Assembly: GCA_963737155.1 (NCBI GenBank)
Contig: CAVTRN010000002.1
Coordinates: forward strand, 2,560,001-2,624,000
Direction of reading: 5' to 3'
Length of the DNA stretch: 64,000 nucleotides
DNA from: Nitrospirota bacterium
Lineage (GTDB): Bacteria > Nitrospirota > UBA9217
A program made the translations under genes and the position numbers. Under the pieces are notes generated by a model. The model had not been told where the DNA came from, made no database searches, and saw nothing but the letters and a program-made list of their open reading frames with translations. Below are positions 30,540 through 40,271 of this stretch, one piece after another. Within the stretch, counting starts at the first letter, position 1. The number at the start of each line of letters is the position of its first letter.

Positions 30540-30879
30540 GGCAAACGTAGAACGGATAGGCGTCGTTATCTCCAAACGTTTCAACTTGTCTTCACGACTT
30601 CGCAGACCCGGGAATCTCACATAATGGGTGCGATCTTGTAACTGGCAGAACAGCATAGATACGAATAGTTTCCAATAGGTAAAACAATTCGCTTTCCGCT
30701 CTGCGTTCGTTTTATTCACGGTTTTTTCATAAACAATACACGTAAAAAGAGATAGAATTTGGCGAAGATTACTGGTAAACTATTTATAATCCACCGGTCT
30801 GAGTTTTATTGTTGCTCTCAACGATTATATTACTCAGTCCGGGTTTTTATTTTCAAATTCTGTTTTGGACAAGAGTGAA
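30540..30879 (-). mobile_element. IS4-family (DUF4372-type) transposase 5' relic with left end
   Basis: AERKANCFTYWKLFVSMLFCQL...KLKRLEIT.P.RSTFA, frameshifted; possible terminal repeat CACTCTTGTCCAAAA at about 30864-30879. Confidence 0.65.
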
Positions 30880-31043
30880 GGCAGATAAACACTTTTGGAT
30901 CCCCACTGTTATTGCACCAAGGTGAAGAAAAAGATTTTGTGCCTGGGTTGACTCAGGGGCCCGGAGATCGGTAATTTATAGCGCTATGTGAATAGACGTG
31001 ATTGATAAAGAAACTATGTGATTGGCATCTGTAGAGCTATTCT

Positions 31044-32057
31044 ATGAACACCCATCAGAGACAACGACAGATGGTAAAGGGAATGAAAAAAGTAACAGTT
31101 GCATTAACCATTGCAGTCGTTCTTGTTGCTTGTCCCGTTAGTGCCCAAGAAATCTCCGGACTCGCGGGAGCGTTGTACGAAACACCAAATCATGATGCTA
31201 CCTTTACCTGGCAACTGGAGTATCTGGAAGGCTTGGGAAAGCATTTCGCTTACAGCCTTACCTATCTGAATGAAGGTCACCTTACAACACAACACCGGGA
31301 CGGCGGGGCATTCCTGATATGGGGAAGAACGGATTTTTTTGATCAACATCTTGCCTTAGGTGCCGGTGTTGGGCCATACTACTATTTTAACACTTTGCAG
31401 GCCGGAACCAATTCCTACAACAATGACCATGGATGGGGAGCAATGAGCAGCTATACTGCTACCTGGTACATGGCCGAGAGACTATTTTACCAAATGCGCG
31501 TGAACTGGGTTGTGACCGATAGAAGTTTTGATACCCGATCGTTGCTTTTCGGATTCGGGTATCATTTCGCCCCTCCACCTTCGACGGGGCCGAGTAACAA
31601 TACACCGCCCCAGCATGTGGATACGACAAAGAATGAGGTCACGCTGTTTTTCGGCCAGACCATTTTAAACAGCTTTGGCTCAGAGCCGGCGAATTCATGT
31701 GACATCGAGTACCGGCGACATCTATCACGATACGTGGACTGGACAGTCTCGTACCTTTATGAAGGTGAAAACGACAATTTCGGACGAAGCGGGGTAATCA
31801 CGCAGCTCTGGTTGGGAAAATCGTTCTTTAGCAACCGCCTATCTTTTGGTTTCGGTGCAGGTGGCTATGCAACGCTGGAATACCGTAACGCACAAGCCGG
31901 CACTGATCATCATGATTTCTTATCCGGAATTGCCACGATGACGACCAGTTACCGATTTCTTCCTCGATGGAGCATAAGGATTTCTTGGAACCGGATTGTG
32001 ACAAACTACAACGCTGATGCTGATAACATACTGGCAGGCATTGGTTATCATTTTTGA
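31044..32057 (+). CDS. Outer-membrane beta-barrel protein with two tandem homologous halves
   Basis: Signal peptide; alternating aromatic beta strands; halves contain YLNEGH and YLYEGE and end in FGFGYHF and AGIGYHF, joined by a Pro-rich linker. Confidence 0.75.
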   Translation: MNTHQRQRQMVKGMKKVTVALTIAVVLVACPVSAQEISGLAGALYETPNHDATFTWQLEYLEGLGKHFAYSLTYLNEGHLTTQHRDGGAFLIWGRTDFFDQHLALGAGVGPYYYFNTLQAGTNSYNNDHGWGAMSSYTATWYMAERLFYQMRVNWVVTDRSFDTRSLLFGFGYHFAPPPSTGPSNNTPPQHVDTTKNEVTLFFGQTILNSFGSEPANSCDIEYRRHLSRYVDWTVSYLYEGENDNFGRSGVITQLWLGKSFFSNRLSFGFGAGGYATLEYRNAQAGTDHHDFLSGIATMTTSYRFLPRWSIRISWNRIVTNYNADADNILAGIGYHF

Positions 32058-32288
32058 ACTCAATTAATGATATGTGAGAAAGGGCTGAAACTCTGCAGCG
32101 GTGTGAATTAATTGAATAGTTCTAGTAATAGTTATGTAGCATATGCTGCCTCCAGTAAATATCATGATGCGCTAGTGAGACAAACGGCCGTTTTTTTAAC
32201 GGGACCCCCTGCTACGCGACCTTACTGAGGGTTGAATACTGTTAATATTTATATTGTATGATATAATTTTATATTATATATTGTATTT

Positions 32289-32858
32289 ATGAAACTGAGC
32301 GTATGGGCAAAGCAACAAGGTATAACCTATCAAGCGGCATGGAAATGGTGGAAGGCCGGCAAGCTGCCGGTTGAGGCTGAGCAGATACCTACCGGAACAA
32401 TCATTATAAAAGAGCAGAAAACTGCCCAAGGTTCTGTTGCTCTTTATGCCCGGGTATCCAGTCATGACCAAAAGAAAGACCTGGACGGACAGCTCGGAAG
32501 GCTTTCCGCATATGCCGCTTCCAAAGGGTTGTCAGTTTCAAAAGCGGTGTCCGAGGTTGGTTCCGGTCTTAATGGGCACAGGCAAAAACTCATGAAGCTG
32601 CTTGCCGACTCCAACGTCAGTATTATTGTCGCCTTGCATCGTGACCGGCTTATGCGGTTTGGATCTGAGTATGTAGAATCGGCACTTCGAGCTCAAGGTC
32701 GTCAACTTATTATTGTAGACCAGACCGAGCTAAAGGACGATCTGGTGCTGGACATGATTGAAGTATTGACATCGTTTTGCGCAAGGCTCTACGGACGCCG
32801 GTCAGCGACCAATAAAGCAAAAAAAGCTCTGGAGGCCATGGAGAATGGCAAGCAATAA
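32289..32858 (+). CDS. tnpA: IS607 serine-recombinase transposase
   Basis: N-terminal HTH (MKLSVWAKQQGITYQAAWKWW), YARVSS..Q..DL..Q, GSGLN, HRDRLMRFG and FCARLYGRRS motifs. Confidence 0.95.
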   Translation: MKLSVWAKQQGITYQAAWKWWKAGKLPVEAEQIPTGTIIIKEQKTAQGSVALYARVSSHDQKKDLDGQLGRLSAYAASKGLSVSKAVSEVGSGLNGHRQKLMKLLADSNVSIIVALHRDRLMRFGSEYVESALRAQGRQLIIVDQTELKDDLVLDMIEVLTSFCARLYGRRSATNKAKKALEAMENGKQ

Positions 32859-34533
32859 GGATAAAATGGGCAAGAGCGGCAAAAGTGAAGCACTTTCTTT
32901 TACCGCTCAAACTTTGCTGATTGACATGTCTTACCTGGACACAAAGAAGTCTCTTTATCATGTTCTTGACGATATCGGCGACTCATACGGGCACATCAAA
33001 CGCTCTCTCTTTAAAGACAGCGTTCGTTCCGGCAACAAACCCATTTCATTCAAAAATGAGTATCTTGTCAGGTATGGTATCACCGCCCGGCAGTTTAACG
33101 CTATCCGCTACGATCTTGACGGCAATATCAGCTCCGCGGTTGAGGTATTGAAACTGCGGGTTGGAAAGCTCGAACAAAAAATAAAATCTGTGCGAAAATG
33201 GATTAAAACCAAAGAGAACAATGTCATTGACATACGCAAAGACAAAAAATTGTCCGGGCATGAGAAAACGCCCAGGGTGAAGTCTCTCCGTTTTGCGGTC
33301 CACAACAAAAAACGGAAGCTCCATTCATCGGAGCAGAAACTGGAAAAGCTGAAGTACGATTTGGACAAAGGCCGAATCAGGATTTGCTTTGGGACAAAGA
33401 AACTTTTCCACAAGCAGTTCAGCCTTTCTGAATACGGTTATAAATCCCACAATAACTGGCTGTCTGCCTGGAAGGCTGCCCGAAGCTCTTCATCGTTTTG
33501 TCTGGGATCGAAGGATGAAACGGCCGGCAACCAGACCTGCACGCTTGGCATCGACGGGTCGCTCAGGATACGGGTCCCAAACTATCTTGCCAAAAAATAC
33601 GGTAAACACATCATGGTGCCTACCGTAACATATCCTTACGGGCAGGAATATATTGAGCAGGCGCTCCTGTGCGGCCAGGCAATCACCCACCGGTTTGTCC
33701 GTGGCGAGAAGGGTTGGTATCTGTATTCTTCAGTTGATATCCCCCAAAGAGAAACAATTACCGGGAAACCGCAAGAAATCGGATGTATTGGCGTAGATGC
33801 AAACGAAAAAGAGATTGCTGTTTCCGAGACTGACCGGTTCGGCAATTTTGTCTGGCACACAACGTATGCTGCATGTATAAAAGACAGAACCACGGAACAG
33901 ACCGAGGCAACTTACGGTGATATCTGCGTCGGCATTATCGACCGGTCAATTAAAACAGGGAAACCCGTCGCTCATGAAACTCTTGACTTCGAAAAGAAGA
34001 AAGCATCTCTTAAGGAACAGGGAGTAACGTATGCGCGGATGCTATCCGGGTTCGCCTATTCCACCTTTTTAAACATGCTTGACCGCAGAGCATTTAAGGC
34101 AGGCGTCGGTGTGCTCTCCGTGAATCCTGCTTACACATCCGTTATCGGCAGAAACAATTATATGTCTATTCATGGCATTTCGCCGCATGAAGCAGCGGCG
34201 CTTGCTATCGCGAGAAGAGTTCAAGGATATTCCGAGTCTCCCATACCAGGCAGAACCGCCTCCCCTCTACCTGTAAGGAATCGAGAGGAGCACGTCTGGA
34301 AGTTTTGGAGCAAGATGAAGACTCGGGGAGGTTGTGGAAATCATCACAGTCTCTACCAACGACGGTCCTTACAGGACTCCCCAGGCTGCGCTGAATTGCA
34401 GAAGAAGCCATCATCCCGTCGACAGCGCAATTCTCCGGGCCACCTGCCAGCAGCAGTCTTGCTGAAAAGGCGCCAGAAGCAATCCCGATCAGCAAACAAC
34501 GGGACTTGGGCGAATCAGGGCGGGAATCCCTGA
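32845..34533 (+). CDS. tnpB: TnpB-related RuvC protein without zinc finger
   Basis: RuvC-I IGVDAN, RuvC-II AHETLDF, VNPAYTS, HEAAALAIARR; overlaps the tnpA stop. Confidence 0.88.
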   Translation: MASNKDKMGKSGKSEALSFTAQTLLIDMSYLDTKKSLYHVLDDIGDSYGHIKRSLFKDSVRSGNKPISFKNEYLVRYGITARQFNAIRYDLDGNISSAVEVLKLRVGKLEQKIKSVRKWIKTKENNVIDIRKDKKLSGHEKTPRVKSLRFAVHNKKRKLHSSEQKLEKLKYDLDKGRIRICFGTKKLFHKQFSLSEYGYKSHNNWLSAWKAARSSSSFCLGSKDETAGNQTCTLGIDGSLRIRVPNYLAKKYGKHIMVPTVTYPYGQEYIEQALLCGQAITHRFVRGEKGWYLYSSVDIPQRETITGKPQEIGCIGVDANEKEIAVSETDRFGNFVWHTTYAACIKDRTTEQTEATYGDICVGIIDRSIKTGKPVAHETLDFEKKKASLKEQGVTYARMLSGFAYSTFLNMLDRRAFKAGVGVLSVNPAYTSVIGRNNYMSIHGISPHEAAALAIARRVQGYSESPIPGRTASPLPVRNREEHVWKFWSKMKTRGGCGNHHSLYQRRSLQDSPGCAELQKKPSSRRQRNSPGHLPAAVLLKRRQKQSRSANNGTWANQGGNP

Positions 34534-34689
34534 CGTTAACCGGCAGCAGCACTGTTCGGCTGCCGTCATAGTTATGAGAAATAAAATACTATGGTTTTAG
34601 GAACGGTCGTGTCACACGCATGCGCAGTTTATAACTTACGTGGCCATCTCTTCATCAGATTTGAGACAAACGTCTTCCGCTCTGCTCCA

Positions 34690-34900
34690 GAACACCTCTC
34701 TCAGATATATGCAACAGCTTCAAGCCCTGCCGTACTTTTTCCGTAGCATTGTCTTCTTATGCCTGGTACTAGAACAAGCACGTCCTTTTCAACAGCCAGC
34801 CTCAGGACAACCCGGCCGGAGTGACCCACTGCTGTACGACCAGCATTCTGAATGAGTTTGCACCTAAACGTGGCAATAGCGTGACACGCCCGTGATGAGC
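34690..34900 (-). mobile_element. IS1380-family transposase C-terminal relic
   Basis: HAIATFRCKLIQNAGR..GHSGRVVLRLAV resembles the IS1380 C-terminal motif. Confidence 0.55.
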
Positions 34901-35381
34901 ACCTCATAGGAAATCTTCTATTTAACTGATTCGTTGAAACGGCTTTTGGGCTGTCACGCTATTTATGCGGTCCTTAATTCAGCAAGAATTGCGAAACTTG
35001 TCAACATCTGCATGAATACCGTATTCGGAATAGTTGAATTGCTCGCGAGCATTTCTAAACAGGATGGCTCGTTTTCCGCTCTTGGGTATCTTCCTGGCTG
35101 GCTGCCATCCATTTCATTGTCGCATGGCGGCAAATCTGGGTAAGGCTTCTACAAAGCGGACATGATAAAGATGACAGCAGGCTTCGAGGCGGAGATTGAA
35201 CATTCTGTTGTCTTTGGGAGTAGTGACGAGTTGGAACTCGTGATGAAAGATGGCATTTTTGCGTTACTGGACATCGTCGATCTAAATATAGCGTATTGAT
35301 GAACAATTGTCTATTTGTTGTTGCTAAGTTCATCCCATGGTTAAAACCAGGGGCTTTCTGTGAATGACTCGTTCGTCTGTA

Positions 35382-36593
35382 CTATGAACTTTGGCCCGTC
35401 TGCTGCGGTGGCTTATATCTGATGAGCCTTAGGAAGTGATCGACGAATTGCGGGTTAAACGAAACGCCGCTCCCCTTGCGAAGGACATCAGCGATCCTTT
35501 CCATCGGAATCGACCCCTGGTAGGTGCGGCTACTTCTCATCGCGTCGAATACATCAGCAATGGACATCATCTGGCTCGTGACGTTCGGGATCCACCCGCC
35601 CTTTATTGTCGGGTACCCGCTGCCATCAAACTTCCGGTGGTGCTCCAAGGCTGCCAAGATCGCCAGTTTCGGAATATCATCGATGCCCATCAGGTACCGG
35701 GCTCCCTTGACCGTATGAGTCTCAATGATTTTACGTTCTTCCGCCGTGAGTACCCCGGGCTTGGATAAAATCTCCTCAGGTACAAAGATTTTACCCACAT
35801 CATGGAGCAAAGAGGCGATCCCGATACTATGGAGATGCTCACCGCTGAAGCCCAAGCTTTCCGCCTGCGCCATGGTCAAGATGCAGACATTGGTTACGTG
35901 AGTAAAGGTATATTCATGGACGGACTTCAGCGTCGCCAGAAGACTCAACGGATTGATTTCTTGCCGGAACCCCTTGATGAATCCTTTCACCATGTCGTCG
36001 ATACCGCGAACATCGATCTTCCGGTGTTTCTTAATAGCAAGATATGTTTCTTTAAGCTCATCAATTTCCGCCGACGTGAGGGCCATCAGTTCCTGCAGGC
36101 CGTCCTCTACCGCCGTGGCACCAGTTCCTACGGTCCCTGACCCGAGATCAGTACCGGCACTACTGATGCTTCGATTTCCGATATCAGAGACGACCCGCAG
36201 TGTAACTTTGCCAAGTTTGATGTACTGGCTCGTACGCACCGAAGCAGTCTCCATCGAGGCCATATCTCTGATCAACTCCTGCACCTCCGTTTTTTGAACC
36301 CCCTTGAGAAAGGAAATCCGTTCAATCGCTTTCTTTCGCAAAACCCGCGTAAAGTTGATCACGTAAGCGCTCCCTGCCTGAAGAGGGCGGCTATCCGCAA
36401 CAAGATCGTCGCCAATGAGCAGGAGTGTTATATCCAATTTAGTCTCCAGAAGCCCCTGGAGAAGATCATAGGCCTTGTCGATGTACTGAGCCACCTGCGG
36501 ATGGGTCGGAGAATAGAGCGTTGTATTCTTCACCGCGGCGGTGAGCTGAGAAATCACCTCAACCAAATCGCGGCGCATGTCGAGTTCAGCCAT
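35382..36593 (-). CDS. HD-GYP domain protein (putative cyclic dinucleotide phosphodiesterase)
   Basis: EYTFTHVTNV, LLHDVGK, EHHRKFDGSGYP and IADVFDAMRS motifs. Confidence 0.92.
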   Translation of the reverse strand: MAELDMRRDLVEVISQLTAAVKNTTLYSPTHPQVAQYIDKAYDLLQGLLETKLDITLLLIGDDLVADSRPLQAGSAYVINFTRVLRKKAIERISFLKGVQKTEVQELIRDMASMETASVRTSQYIKLGKVTLRVVSDIGNRSISSAGTDLGSGTVGTGATAVEDGLQELMALTSAEIDELKETYLAIKKHRKIDVRGIDDMVKGFIKGFRQEINPLSLLATLKSVHEYTFTHVTNVCILTMAQAESLGFSGEHLHSIGIASLLHDVGKIFVPEEILSKPGVLTAEERKIIETHTVKGARYLMGIDDIPKLAILAALEHHRKFDGSGYPTIKGGWIPNVTSQMMSIADVFDAMRSSRTYQGSIPMERIADVLRKGSGVSFNPQFVDHFLRLIRYKPPQQTGQSS

Positions 36594-36610
36594 TCAGATA
36601 TCCTTTTTTT

Positions 36611-38917
36611 TTATTGCCCTTGCTCCACATTGTTACGCTCCATCCATTTTTTGCAACTCTTCCTGATGGAATCGTCGCCGGACCGTTTTCCTATTTGGAG
36701 GAGGCCTGTTATACTCTTGACAGGAAATCTGCCCAGGGATTCAAAAAGTAACTGTTGCATCCTTAGGCGGCGCTGAGGGTAGAGCGTCCGCGCGCGTGCA
36801 AGCCTTTCAAGGTCGCCGATAGCACGCGGATCTCCGATTTTAGCGAGCGCTTTTATGATCTCCTCATTTACCGTATAATCCGTTTCAAAGAGAATGACCC
36901 GTTTTATACGGGAAAGAAGATCGTCCACAGACTCAGTCACACGGAATTGGCCGGCGAGAAATACTGCCTGCGAAGCCACATCGGGGTCCTGGGAATGAAT
37001 AAATTCACGAAGAAAATGTGTTGCATCGGGATCTTTAAATTTGAGCAGTGTCGCCAGTACTTCAATCCTCACTTTTGCATCCTGGTTATTCAGCAAGTAT
37101 TTTATAGACGGTATGGCGTTGGGCGTGCCAGCCCAACGAATTAACTTCACCAAGTTCCGTACGTAAAGGGACCGCGGATCGCGCAAGCGTCTGATAGCCT
37201 CGCGCACAGCATCCTGTCCGAACCGGCAGAGGAGATCAAAGAGGACCCGCCGGCCGCCCGGCGTTGTGTCGATTGCATAGAGATCCATCAATCCTGGGAC
37301 CATCGCCGGTCCGAGTACGTAGAAAAAATTTGCGGCTTCCCGCCCTTTGGTACCCGCCCACCGATCGAATTCCTGGAGCGATTGGTTCATAAATGATGGT
37401 TCGTTAAAAATTTTCAAACAATCAACCGCGATGACGCGGAGATTCTCCGTCGGCTTTTCCATCGCCTGTTTGCGCATCGTCTCAAGAATATCAAGCAGAA
37501 GTATAAAATTGCCTGTTTTCAGAAACTCGGGTACAAGCGTGATCAGTTTGCGCCCGAATTCAAGGTAATCCTCTTCATCAATATTTTCTTCCATAAAGGC
37601 GATTAGCGCCCGGCCGATCTGGAAATCAAGATGATCATCTTCGAGGGTTTTCTCATATTCGTCAATGGGGATCCGTTCGGCCAGAACGCCGGTGGTTTCC
37701 GACAAACGTTTGAGCGTAGCCTGGTAATCTTCGGATACATATTCTTCATATTGTTCCCGGTCAAATAGTTTTGCCATGTGCTCGGGCAGAATATCAAACG
37801 CGAAGTCTTTCTCATCCGCGCCCTCCATTACTCGTTCGCCGGGCTGAAAAGACTGCACACTCTGGGCATGCGCCCGCGTCAGTTTACCGAGCAGTCCTGT
37901 CAGTGTTGGTGATATTTCCTTCCCTTCGGCGCTCGCCTGGCTCAGCATGTCGATCACGATATCATCGGAAAAACCACCCAAAATGTCTTCCTCCCCAATA
38001 GCTATTGTATGGCTGGAGATGCGGCGGAAGGCGACGGAAAGGAACTGTTTGCGGAGTTCGGGGTGCAGATCTTTCAACAGCATATTGAGGTTAGACAGGG
38101 TTGTCGACTGCTCCTGCGAAAGCTGCTTCTTCTCAGCCCGTACACGCACATGTTCAGAAATGATCTGGTCATAGCTCTGGAGCGCGGAGTTAGAATCAAG
38201 CCTTTGTTCATTCAGGAGACGTGCAAGTTCGGCCGGGTCGATGTGCTCCATTTCTGTTAGAGGCAAACCCTTCCCTGACACGGTAAGCGTACCTTCCGTA
38301 AGGTGCGAGATGAAATCCTGCCACAGATCGTGACTGGCCTTCGGTTTGGCAGACTTCTCACCATCAGTGTCTGGACTTCCCTTGCTCTGTGGTCTGAATA
38401 TTTCCTGTTCTTCCGTTACATAGAAGCTCCCGTAATCGATGGCCTGAATCCTGATATGGGAGATACCTGACTCATCCATGACTTTGTTTATCCCACCGGC
38501 AGCGAGGATGTCCTCGGGCTTCGTCGTGATGAAGCGGTGAAATTTCACAAGTTCATTCTTTTCCAGGCCACGGATAAAGGTAACCGATGCAATTGACTGC
38601 TGATTCATGGAGAGTGCAAAATCGCGGTAAACAGGATTTTTCCGGTCAAGGTAATCCTGCCCCACGAGGAGCGTATCCTTGGCAACGCCAAGTGTCATCT
38701 CGGAACGGATATCGAACAGTTTCTGGAGAATATCGTAGGCCCGATCAATACTTTTCGTGATCTGGATATGGCCGGGTGGATAAATCCCCACATTCTTTCG
38801 CGAGATATTCAGTTCAATTACGGCTTCAGACAATAGGCGTGTATCGAGGGGGATTTCCTTTTCGGTCTGAAAAGCAGACAGCGCAGATGTATTTATATTG
38901 TCCTTTTGGTCGGACAT
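36611..38917 (-). CDS. HEAT-repeat protein
   Basis: C-terminal HEAT repeats (LRDPRSLYVRN, NQDAKVRIEVL, ALAKIGDPRAI); the N-terminal domain is homologous to that of the adjacent HD-GYP protein. Confidence 0.85.
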   Translation of the reverse strand: MSDQKDNINTSALSAFQTEKEIPLDTRLLSEAVIELNISRKNVGIYPPGHIQITKSIDRAYDILQKLFDIRSEMTLGVAKDTLLVGQDYLDRKNPVYRDFALSMNQQSIASVTFIRGLEKNELVKFHRFITTKPEDILAAGGINKVMDESGISHIRIQAIDYGSFYVTEEQEIFRPQSKGSPDTDGEKSAKPKASHDLWQDFISHLTEGTLTVSGKGLPLTEMEHIDPAELARLLNEQRLDSNSALQSYDQIISEHVRVRAEKKQLSQEQSTTLSNLNMLLKDLHPELRKQFLSVAFRRISSHTIAIGEEDILGGFSDDIVIDMLSQASAEGKEISPTLTGLLGKLTRAHAQSVQSFQPGERVMEGADEKDFAFDILPEHMAKLFDREQYEEYVSEDYQATLKRLSETTGVLAERIPIDEYEKTLEDDHLDFQIGRALIAFMEENIDEEDYLEFGRKLITLVPEFLKTGNFILLLDILETMRKQAMEKPTENLRVIAVDCLKIFNEPSFMNQSLQEFDRWAGTKGREAANFFYVLGPAMVPGLMDLYAIDTTPGGRRVLFDLLCRFGQDAVREAIRRLRDPRSLYVRNLVKLIRWAGTPNAIPSIKYLLNNQDAKVRIEVLATLLKFKDPDATHFLREFIHSQDPDVASQAVFLAGQFRVTESVDDLLSRIKRVILFETDYTVNEEIIKALAKIGDPRAIGDLERLARARTLYPQRRLRMQQLLFESLGRFPVKSITGLLQIGKRSGDDSIRKSCKKWMERNNVEQGQ

Positions 38918-39149
38918 GATTATATATTATATACATTTTTGCCAATTTTTCCAGTGAAATTGGACGTTTTTTACGTTTTTTATTTTTTTTGAACCGTCTT
39001 AATTTAATCTGACGCTTTGCTGTGCTCTCAGTTCTCCACCTATGATTCAGGATATTTTATTCAGAGCCTCCTCGTCAATTTCGGTGATCTACGCTATAAT
39101 CAAAAGATAGTATAAATTGTAGTCTCTGCACATTGAAAGGATATTTTTT

Positions 39150-39630
39150 TTGACAGTTCCAATCGATACGGTTGCCTTGACCTGCCGGGGCGAGGCGAAG
39201 TCATTATATTCAGAGTTCTTGACAAAGAAGAGCTGGCTAAATTTTTCGTTCACTTGTCCGCAAACAATGCGATTGCTGAGCCCATACAATCAGGGATTGA
39301 TGGGAAGGGAAAGCCGCTATACCGTTGCACATGTATCTGATTTCGCTAAGGTGCGTCTAGACTATACCACGACAAAGTTACCTGTAGCGGTATTTTCTCC
39401 CTTTCAAAGAAGACTTGGCTGCATTCAAGGTAGAGGGCGATGACTGGCAGGGAAGGATCGCGAACTGTGATTGTGTTCTTCCCAAGAGCCAGAACCATGA
39501 CAACATCCAGCACGACCTCAGTGCGCTTGTGGCACGCTATGCTTCACAAGGTGCCAATGACCGAACGATTGAGTTGCTTGCGCAAATGCTCATTCGTTCC
39601 TGTAATCCCTGCATCCTGTTCAGTGCATTA
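39150..39630 (+). pseudogene. [NiFe]-hydrogenase large-subunit relic (group 3b-like C-terminus)
   Basis: GRIANCDCVLPKSQNHDNIQHDL...IELLAQMLIRSCNPCI, then SCSVH in a shifted frame, matching a degenerate RxxDPCxxCxxH L2 motif. The 5' boundary is uncertain. Confidence 0.7.
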
Positions 39631-39705
39631 TGCGTGACTGCCTTCTTTTTTCTTGACAACATTTGGGCGTGATGTTAAATTAATTGCCTTGTTACGGAAC
39701 ATTTT

Positions 39706-39781
39706 GGGGCTGTAGCTCAGCTGGGAGAGCACAAGGCTGGCAGTCTTGGGGTCAGGGGTTCGATCCCCCTCAGCTCCACCA
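39706..39781 (+). tRNA. tRNA-Ala(GGC)
   Basis: GGGGCTG/CAGCTCC acceptor stem with G3-U70, anticodon loop CTGGCAG, GTTCGAT T-loop, encoded CCA; TTGACA promoter element at 39653. Confidence 0.96.
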
Positions 39782-39788
39782 AGTTTTC

Positions 39789-39820
39789 AAGGGGTTGGTC
39801 ATCATTGACTAACCCTTTTT
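39789..39820 (+). terminator. Rho-independent terminator after tRNA-Ala
   Basis: GGGGTTGGTC-ATCATT-GACTAACCCT hairpin followed by a T run. Confidence 0.65.
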
Positions 39821-39829
39821 CATTTGACT

Positions 39830-40010
39830 GTACCAGTTTTGTACAAGTAGGAAGGCTAAGGACCTCATCCATAACGAAAGCGACCTTCTGTAAGTGGGCA
39901 GGGGCAGGATGTGCATACTTCACCGTCATCTTAAGGCTTTTGTGACCAAGCAACCTTGACAGCGTGGCAATATCGATTTGACCGGACATTATAACATGAC
40001 TTGCGTAGGA
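39830..40010 (-). pseudogene. Tyrosine integrase C-terminal relic
   Basis: YASHVIMSG.DIATLSRLLGHKSLKMTVKYAH (box II LGH and catalytic Tyr), pointing toward the tRNA. Confidence 0.8.
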
Positions 40011-40271
40011 TGGACTAAAGCTACTTTCTCTAGTGCCAACATTGCGGCCCGTTTGATTTCACACTCCGGTTTCCTTTCGGGTTATATGCAGCATTTTAAT
40101 GGCTCCAAAGTATTGACATGTCTCCACTCATAAGCCAAATTTATCTTCTATTTTTATTACGTCAAATGCAAAATGAAAAGGTCTGAATCGTCATTGTACT
40201 CATTCCTCATCGTGATACTCCAATTCCGTAGTATCATCTGGTTGAATAAAACAAGGGGAAAATCCTGTAAA

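Larger units (their letters stand above)
32230..34606 (+). mobile_element. IS607-family element (tnpA-tnpB), full-length copy A
   Basis: Ends defined by comparison with 47490-49174: left GGTTGAATACT, right ATGGTTTTAGGAACGG. No inverted repeats or target duplication; GG at both junctions. Confidence 0.9.

Noticed and set aside
32230-32288. IStron (group I intron fused to IS607)
   Set aside because: Only 59 AT-rich bases lie between the left junction and the tnpA ATG, too short for a group I ribozyme core.
39717-39989. 90-aa ORF as an intact protein
   Set aside because: It is an integrase C-terminal scrap reading through into the antisense strand of tRNA-Ala.
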